A stretch of 32,000 nt of DNA. Origin: Halalkalibacterium halodurans (GTDB lineage: Bacteria > Bacillota > Bacilli > Bacillales > Bacillaceae_D). Under the pieces are notes generated by a model. The model was not told the origin of the DNA, did no database searches, and saw only the letters and a list, made by a program, of their open reading frames with translations. Shown here one piece after another: positions 26,415 through 32,000 of this stretch. A program made the position numbers and the translations under genes. The DNA lies in the NCBI RefSeq assembly GCF_004376175.1, contig NZ_SNUY01000010.1:42298-74297 (forward strand), given 5' to 3'. Positions within the stretch are counted from its first letter, which is position 1, and each line of letters begins with the position of its first letter.

Positions 26415-27680
26415 ATGGAAGATAAAGACAAGCGGTCGGGGAAAACAACAGACGTGCTTGCTTCTACGCAAACAGTGATTAAAAAGGCGCTTGATAAATT
26501 AGGTTATCCAGATGAAATGTATGAGTTGATGAAAGAACCGATTCGCATGTTAACGGTTAGAATTCCTGTGCGAATGGATGACGGTTCAACAAAGATATTT
26601 ACTGGCTATCGGGCCCAGCATAACGATGCGGTAGGCCCAACAAAAGGCGGTGTTCGCTTCCATCCAAATGTAACGGAAAAAGAAGTGAAAGCGCTTTCTA
26701 TCTGGATGAGCTTAAAAGCAGGAATTGTCGACCTTCCGTACGGAGGAGGAAAAGGCGGAATTGTCTGCGACCCGCGGGACATGTCGTTCCGTGAACTAGA
26801 AAGACTCAGTCGCGGCTATGTGCGGGCGATTAGTCAAATTGTCGGTCCGACGAAGGACATTCCGGCACCAGATGTTTTTACAAACTCACAGATCATGGCA
26901 TGGATGCTTGATGAATATAGCCGAATACGTGAATTTGATTCACCGGGCTTTATTACAGGGAAACCAATTGTCCTTGGAGGCTCACACGGACGGGAGTCTG
27001 CTACGGCTAAAGGGGTTACCATTTGCATTCGTGAGGCAGCGAAGAAAAAAGGTATCGATCTTCAAGATGCAAGGGTGGTGATCCAAGGCTTCGGAAACGC
27101 AGGGAGCTTCTTAGCAAAATTCATGCACGATGCAGGAGCAAAGGTGATTGGAATTTCGGATGCTTATGGAGCTCTTCACGATCCAGACGGCCTTGACATT
27201 GACTATTTGCTCGATCGCAGGGACAGCTTTGGTACAGTTACAAAGCTCTTTAAAAATACGATCTCAAATGAAGAGCTATTAGAGTTAGATTGCGATATTC
27301 TTGTACCGGCTGCGATAGAAAATCAAATTACGGAAAAAAATGCGCATAACATTAAGGCACAAATCGTGGTCGAAGCTGCGAATGGTCCGACGACGATTGA
27401 AGCGACGGAAATTTTAACAAAGCGCGATATTCTTCTCGTACCAGACGTACTCGCAAGCGCAGGTGGCGTTACCGTCTCCTACTTTGAATGGGTGCAAAAC
27501 AACCAAGGGTATTATTGGACGGAAGAAGAGGTGGAAGGAAAGTTAGAAGCTGTTATGGTTCACGCTTTTGATAACATTTATAAGCTGGCGAAAGGACGGA
27601 AGGTGGATATGCGTCTAGCAGCGTATATGGTCGGCGTAAGGAAAATGGCCGAAGCATCTCGCTTCCGTGGCTGGGTATAA
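26415..27680 (+). CDS. gudB: NAD-specific glutamate dehydrogenase
   Basis: GPTKGGVRFHP, LPYGGGKGG and GFGNAG are Glu/Leu/Phe/Val dehydrogenase motifs. The gene is 421 aa and adjacent to ypdA, as I recall for B. subtilis gudB. Confidence 0.9.
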   Translation: MEDKDKRSGKTTDVLASTQTVIKKALDKLGYPDEMYELMKEPIRMLTVRIPVRMDDGSTKIFTGYRAQHNDAVGPTKGGVRFHPNVTEKEVKALSIWMSLKAGIVDLPYGGGKGGIVCDPRDMSFRELERLSRGYVRAISQIVGPTKDIPAPDVFTNSQIMAWMLDEYSRIREFDSPGFITGKPIVLGGSHGRESATAKGVTICIREAAKKKGIDLQDARVVIQGFGNAGSFLAKFMHDAGAKVIGISDAYGALHDPDGLDIDYLLDRRDSFGTVTKLFKNTISNEELLELDCDILVPAAIENQITEKNAHNIKAQIVVEAANGPTTIEATEILTKRDILLVPDVLASAGGVTVSYFEWVQNNQGYYWTEEEVEGKLEAVMVHAFDNIYKLAKGRKVDMRLAAYMVGVRKMAEASRFRGWV

Positions 27681-27703
27681 CGAGGTATAATAAAGATGGT
27701 GTC

Positions 27704-27745
27704 CCCTTATAAAGCTTTCACTTTATAGGGGGTTGTTTCATTTTT
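27704..27745 (+). terminator. Intrinsic terminator
   Basis: ccccttataaag-ctttca-ctttataggggg is followed by ttgtttcattttt. Confidence 0.7.
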
Positions 27746-27789
27746 GAACGAAGGTCGATTTAAAGAATAAGAGTGTGGTGAATCAACGT

Positions 27790-28758
27790 ATGGAACAAGA
27801 ACAGGTGATTATTGTCGGTGGTGGTCCGTGCGGGTTGGCAGCAGCGATTGCGTTACAAAATGAAGGTCTCAAGCCTCTTGTTATTGAAAAGGACAACATT
27901 GTGAGCGCAATCCATCGTTATCCGACCCATCAAACGTTTTTTAGTACGAGTGAAAAGCTCGAAATTGGGCAAGTACCGTTTTTAACAGAAGAGCGAAAGC
28001 CAAAGCGAAGCCAAGCTCTCGTCTATTATCGAGAAGTGGTCAAACGAAAGCAGATTCGTGTCAATCCATTTGAGCGAGTCACGAAGGTGACGAAGCAAGA
28101 GGACGGGACATTCTATGTAGTAACATCAAAGCGAACATATCACTGCAAGCAAGTGGTCATTGCCACAGGTTATTATGATCATCCCAATTCACTAGGTGTC
28201 CCAGGGGAAGATCTTCCCCATGTTTTTCACTATTTTAAAGAGGCGCACCCTTACTTTGACCAGGACGTTGTCGTGATCGGCGGGAAAAACTCCGCGGTTG
28301 ACGCAGCCCTTGAATTGGAGAAGGCAGGAGCAAGAGTAACGGTCCTATATCGTGGAGACACGTACTCAGATAGTGTCAAGCCATGGATTTTACCGGAATT
28401 TGTTTCTCTTGTAAACCACGACAAAGTAAAGATGGTGTTTCGTGCACAAGTGAAGCGAATCACAGCTTCGGAAGTGGAGTATGAGACCCAGGGTGAGAGG
28501 AAAGCGGCAAGAGCCGATTTCGTGTTTGCCATGATTGGCTACCATCCGGACCACAACTTTCTGAAAACGATGGGTGTTGCTATCGATCACGATACAGGTC
28601 GTCCCATTCACGACCCAGAAACGATGGAAACTAACGTGGAAGGGATTTTTATCGCAGGTGTTATTGCTGCAGGAAATAACGCTAACGAGATATTTATTGA
28701 AAATGGCAGATTTCACGGAGAAATGTTCGCAAAACTGATTCGGGAACGAGTGGAGTAA
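27790..28758 (+). CDS. ypdA: YpdA-family FAD/NAD(P)-binding oxidoreductase (putative bacillithiol disulfide reductase)
   Basis: VIIVGGGPCGLAAAIAL...YPTHQTFFSTSEKLEIG closely matches the YpdA N-terminus as I recall it. A second dinucleotide motif, VVVIGGKNSAVDAA, is present. The start could be GTG 27775 or ATG 27790. Confidence 0.85.
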   Translation: MEQEQVIIVGGGPCGLAAAIALQNEGLKPLVIEKDNIVSAIHRYPTHQTFFSTSEKLEIGQVPFLTEERKPKRSQALVYYREVVKRKQIRVNPFERVTKVTKQEDGTFYVVTSKRTYHCKQVVIATGYYDHPNSLGVPGEDLPHVFHYFKEAHPYFDQDVVVIGGKNSAVDAALELEKAGARVTVLYRGDTYSDSVKPWILPEFVSLVNHDKVKMVFRAQVKRITASEVEYETQGERKAARADFVFAMIGYHPDHNFLKTMGVAIDHDTGRPIHDPETMETNVEGIFIAGVIAAGNNANEIFIENGRFHGEMFAKLIRERVE

Positions 28759-28771
28759 AGAGCTGGGTACT

Positions 28772-28830
28772 CTGTAAGATTAAGTACAAGTAATTGTACA
28801 TTAAGTCTTATTTAACAGTGTTTTATTTAT
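28772..28830 (+). terminator. AT-rich imperfect palindrome plus U-rich tail (possible native ypdA terminator or recombination site)
   Basis: ctgt-aaga-ttaagtaca / tgtaca(a)ttaa-tctt...acag pair with bulges, followed by tgttttatttat. Confidence 0.35.
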
Positions 28831-28853
28831 AATGTTACACATTAAATAAAAAT

Positions 28854-28900
28854 GCACATTACTAAAAACAAATTTTAGTGATGTGCTTTTTATTTTTATT
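28854..28900 (+). terminator. Strong hairpin plus T-rich tail upstream of the recombinase genes
   Basis: gcacattactaaaa-acaa-attttagtgatgtgc forms a 14-bp stem with one G-U pair, followed by tttttatttttatt. Confidence 0.55.
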
Positions 28901-28936
28901 AACTCTTAAATATAAATTTATTAAAAGGTTAAACAT

Positions 28937-28965
28937 TTTACAATTACTAAGAAAAATATTAATAT
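28937..28965 (+). promoter_or_regulatory. Candidate sigma-A promoter of the recombinase operon
   Basis: TTTACA-N17-TAATAT lies ~35 nt upstream of the TTG start. The -35 overlaps a 10-nt inverted-repeat partner (tacaattact). Confidence 0.4.
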
Positions 28966-28998
28966 AAGAACATACATTCCTATCGAGGGGGAGAATAA

Positions 28999-30339
28999 TT
29001 GTATTGGTTTAAGTATTGTCCGAAGCATGTTGAAAGTAAATATCAGTTACTTGTATTTAAAGATAACCTGCCCTTTATTCCTTTGACAGACTATTATCAT
29101 GATTGTTTAGGGAGAATTGATAAAAGCTCTGCAATATCATATATGAATTGTTTGTTACCATTTTTTAAATGGTTAGATAAAGAAAGTAATTATCAAGGAA
29201 ACCAAGTACAATGGAATGATTCAGAAGAGAAAATACGTGTTGTAGTTGAAGATTATTTGATGAATGAAATGAAGTGTAAGATTCGTGATAAAGATACCTT
29301 TCTTTTTGTAAATTTAACTAATAAAAGTCCTAACACAGTTAGTCGATTTTTATCAGCATTAAAATCATTTTACAAATCAATGATCAGGTTAAAACAGTAT
29401 CACTATAGTAATCCATTAATAGATGGTCAGGCTATCCTACATAGCTACAAAGAGGAGATAAAGGGTGTGCGAGAAGGTAAATCAAGAATGCCTTCAATCG
29501 CTGGTACAGAAGAAGCTATTCCTCATCGAAGATTAACAGATTCCTATTTTAAAATTATCAATGAAGAATGGCAACCACAGATTATTGATGATATAGATTT
29601 ACCATATCAAATATATCAAGCTGGTAAAAAAGCAAATTGGTCACTCCGTGAAATGGTAATAGCCCGTATGCTATTTGAAACAGGCGCAAGGGCAACAGAA
29701 ATTATTGAGTTAACACTAGGGGATTACCGTAAACGTAAAAGTCATCAAGAATTTATTACCTTCAATAAAGGAAGTCATGGTAGAAAAATCAAGTTTATAC
29801 GTGTTAGCAAAGATACGGTAAAAAGGTTGTTTCATTACATAGATACTGAAAGAAAATCCTTTGACGAAAATCATTTAAATTTTGATCAATTACCTGATGA
29901 TGCTTCTATCTTTTTATCAGTAAACGGAACGCCTCTTACTTATCACGCTTGGTACTACCACTGGAATCGAGCAATGAAGATAAATGATTTAAGTTTAAAT
30001 CCACATAAAGCAAGGCATTGGTTCGTTACTTCTCGATTAAGAGAAATTTATAACGTTTCAAAAAATGAAACAGAAATACATCAACGAAAAAATGAGTTGA
30101 TCAAATATATGAAGTGGAAAAATCCCGATACGATAAATGTGTATGAACATCATTTTGATGAAACGAGACATCGAGAAGCACATGAGAAAATGTTAGATCA
30201 AATGCAACAAAACGAAAAGGGCTATGTTAAACGACAGGAAACTTCGAGGAAATCAAAGCAAAAGTTGAGTGTTGTTAAATCATTAGGTATCGAAGACTTT
30301 GATGAAGATTTAAAAGAATTATTAGAAGGGTTGGAGTAA
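28999..30339 (+). CDS. Tyrosine recombinase / site-specific integrase (446 aa, TnpA-like)
   Basis: Catalytic-domain motifs are present: ETGARATEIIELTLGDY (Arg I), HKARHWFVTS (HxxR) and PDTINVYEHH (Tyr). An N-terminal SAM-like core-binding segment is also present (SSAISYMNCLLPFFKWL). The TTG start follows GAGGGGGAG. Confidence 0.85.
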   Translation: MYWFKYCPKHVESKYQLLVFKDNLPFIPLTDYYHDCLGRIDKSSAISYMNCLLPFFKWLDKESNYQGNQVQWNDSEEKIRVVVEDYLMNEMKCKIRDKDTFLFVNLTNKSPNTVSRFLSALKSFYKSMIRLKQYHYSNPLIDGQAILHSYKEEIKGVREGKSRMPSIAGTEEAIPHRRLTDSYFKIINEEWQPQIIDDIDLPYQIYQAGKKANWSLREMVIARMLFETGARATEIIELTLGDYRKRKSHQEFITFNKGSHGRKIKFIRVSKDTVKRLFHYIDTERKSFDENHLNFDQLPDDASIFLSVNGTPLTYHAWYYHWNRAMKINDLSLNPHKARHWFVTSRLREIYNVSKNETEIHQRKNELIKYMKWKNPDTINVYEHHFDETRHREAHEKMLDQMQQNEKGYVKRQETSRKSKQKLSVVKSLGIEDFDEDLKELLEGLE

Positions 30340-30341
30340 AA

Positions 30342-32000
30342 TTGACTGAAACATCTGATGTCAGACCTGTTACAGCTTGGTATGATGAATGGTCTAGAAA
30401 AGTAGATTCTAACCTATTATGCATGCAAAACAGCCGAGGAGAATATTTAATTGATAAAGTAAATGAACGAAACTTAACACATTTAAATTCAACTTGTATA
30501 GATAAAATTTGGTTCCCACAATTATTATTAATTACACTTATTGAAGCTGATAGAAATAAAGATGTGGGATCAATAAGTGTTCAGAATACTGCTTTAAATA
30601 ATAGATTTAGCGATATTTTTAATGAACTTAAGATTGCTTCATGGTCAGATTTTAATCCAAATCAACATATGTATATGTATTTAAAAGCCGAGATTTATCC
30701 AGAACATACTAATAATCAACGGAGGAGATTGTTTGAGTACTATAAGACATGTTTGTACAATACCCAAAAATGGATTAATACTACATTATCAATTGATAAA
30801 CAAACAAATTATAAGCAATTTTTATTACCATCAATCCATTTTGATTCAAGAGATTTCTCCTTAAGTAAATTAGCCAGGGAAGAAGCCCAAAATACTCGAA
30901 AAGATGAAACAGACGCTATTGTACCACATCTTTCAACAATACGTGTAGAAGCAAATCTACGATGGAATCAAATAAAAAGACTAAAAGATGCATTTCAGCA
31001 ACAAATAAGAATTGTAGAAACCGATTCATTATCATTACCAATTGAATTTTCTTATGAGGAACCAAAACGTATTGGAGAAGTATTTCATTTTCGCTTATGG
31101 GATAAACCTTCCTTTGTACTGAAGCACCAAAAGGAGTTTTCAGATGCCGTTGTAAAACTGGCAAAACAAAAAAAAGCAAATTATTCTGATGAAAATAATG
31201 CCTACTTCCTTGAATTTATTCGTGCTGAGTCTGTAGATAGTGATTCAGAACCAGAAGGACTTTGGTTTAATGATTTAATTGAGCAGAATGTTTTAGGAAG
31301 TTGGCCAAAAACCAAACCAGTTGAAGAACATAAGAAGATTCTTAATTTCTTGTCCACTTGGGGCTACGAGGCTGAAAATGGGAAAAAGCCCGTTCCATTT
31401 TTTTCAGGTCATAAAGGTATAATAACACCTTCAACATTTGTTTCTTTACACAAGGATAAAGCAGAGGGCTTATTAATAGATGTAGAACCATTCTATGTAG
31501 CTTGTACATTTGGATTATTAGCCATCGACATTTTAACAACAACAGGTGCAAGAAAGAACGAATTACTTCAAATTAGTAATACGAAAGAATGTATTCAAGT
31601 AAAGAAAATTAATAACAAGCTACATTATTCCTTTAGAGCTATTCCTAAAGGAAGAGATTCATTAGAAGAATTTTATATAAGTAAACAAACGATGGAATAT
31701 ATTCAAATTGTATCAAGGATGTTAAAAGCACATTGTGACAGTGATAAAATTCCAAGCGTCATATACAGAGATAAAAGAAAACATTTATTTCCTACACCTA
31801 TGCCCTATTATTTTCAATATGCAGATAGAGCATTAAGGGATGTTACTTTATATAGTTCCATTCGATTTTTACTTCATGGATTAGTATTTGAGATGCAAGA
31901 TGGAAAAGCTGTAACTATAAAAACACACCTATTACGTCATGCATTTGCGACAGAAGCTGTTCAACGTCAAAAAATGCCGATTGATATTGTCGCAAAAATG
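30342..32000 (+). CDS. Second, large tyrosine recombinase (TnpB-like), partial: open through the window end
   Basis: My own translation gives 553 sense codons from TTG 30342 with no stop. The ORF is absent from the track, presumably because it has no stop in the window. It contains TTGARKNELLQI (Arg at codon 404) and HLLRHAFATEAV (H529-x-x-R532). The catalytic Tyr is expected beyond 32000. The ORF starts 2 nt after the upstream TAA, with GGAG 5 nt upstream. Confidence 0.8.
   Translation, partial: MTETSDVRPVTAWYDEWSRKVDSNLLCMQNSRGEYLIDKVNERNLTHLNSTCIDKIWFPQLLLITLIEADRNKDVGSISVQNTALNNRFSDIFNELKIASWSDFNPNQHMYMYLKAEIYPEHTNNQRRRLFEYYKTCLYNTQKWINTTLSIDKQTNYKQFLLPSIHFDSRDFSLSKLAREEAQNTRKDETDAIVPHLSTIRVEANLRWNQIKRLKDAFQQQIRIVETDSLSLPIEFSYEEPKRIGEVFHFRLWDKPSFVLKHQKEFSDAVVKLAKQKKANYSDENNAYFLEFIRAESVDSDSEPEGLWFNDLIEQNVLGSWPKTKPVEEHKKILNFLSTWGYEAENGKKPVPFFSGHKGIITPSTFVSLHKDKAEGLLIDVEPFYVACTFGLLAIDILTTTGARKNELLQISNTKECIQVKKINNKLHYSFRAIPKGRDSLEEFYISKQTMEYIQIVSRMLKAHCDSDKIPSVIYRDKRKHLFPTPMPYYFQYADRALRDVTLYSSIRFLLHGLVFEMQDGKAVTIKTHLLRHAFATEAVQRQKMPIDIVAKM

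Larger units (their letters stand above)
28759..32000 (+). mobile_element. Left end of an AT-rich integrated element carrying tandem tyrosine recombinases (Tn554-family-like layout); extends beyond the window
   Basis: Composition drops abruptly right after the ypdA stop. Two coupled integrase-family genes follow. The right boundary and cargo are not visible. Confidence 0.6.

Noticed and set aside
28875-28886. Possible Tn554 core attachment hexamer (GATGTA as I recall it) near the hairpin (tagtgatgtgc)
   Set aside because: The sequence reads GATGTG, not GATGTA, and a hexamer match would be meaningless without the other junction. I make no claim.
30916-31551. Minus-strand ORFs 30916-31179 and 31342-31551 in the AT-rich region
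   Set aside because: Both are antisense to a 553-codon uninterrupted plus-strand frame with integrase catalytic motifs. AT-rich DNA readily yields Leu/Phe/Lys-rich shadow ORFs.

Overview
This window looks like a chromosomal segment from an endospore-forming Bacillaceae genome, at roughly mid-40s % GC by eye. It is densely packed with co-directional housekeeping genes.

From left to right it contains:
- the tail of a cobalamin salvage operon (cobS, cobC-like phosphatase, a divergent CobU-like ORF, a PduO-type adenosyltransferase);
- a VanW-domain lipoprotein;
- a complete gerA-family germinant receptor operon (A, B and C subunits);
- an M23/LysM peptidase;
- serA on the minus strand, preceded by a clear T-box leader;
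- a LysM-M14 peptidase, a family I pyrophosphatase and ferredoxin;
- a ypbB-like gene, a RecQ-family helicase and a CPBP protease;
- small membrane proteins, a gamma-glutamylcyclotransferase and an M20 amidohydrolase;
- a DinB-GNAT fusion ORF;
- an ECF sigma/anti-sigma pair, a metallophosphoesterase and a MecA paralog;
- a DdlB-type D-Ala-D-Ala ligase, glutamate dehydrogenase and ypdA.

As far as I recall, the backbone order serA, fer, ypbB, recS, ypbD ... ypbG, ypbH(mecB), gudB, ypdA matches the B. subtilis neighbourhood, with lineage-specific insertions. I saw no rRNA, tRNA or CRISPR array.

The only clearly accessory DNA is the last ~3.2 kb (from ~28760). Composition there drops abruptly to AT-rich, and two translationally coupled tyrosine recombinases begin: one small, one large and still open at the window edge. 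This resembles the Tn554 tnpA/tnpB arrangement. It looks like the left end of a site-specific mobile element or genomic island whose cargo lies beyond the window, so I cannot show a novel system inside this window. The best lead is to read rightward from 32000.

Secondary items worth a second look:
- the serA T-box with a probable AGC (Ser) specifier;
- the CobU-like protein with a degenerate P-loop;
- a 660-bp ORF-poor gap upstream of mecB;
- an untracked 36-codon hydrophobic peptide gene with its own terminator;
- the DinB-GNAT fusion;
- a structured element in the fer/ypbB intergenic region.
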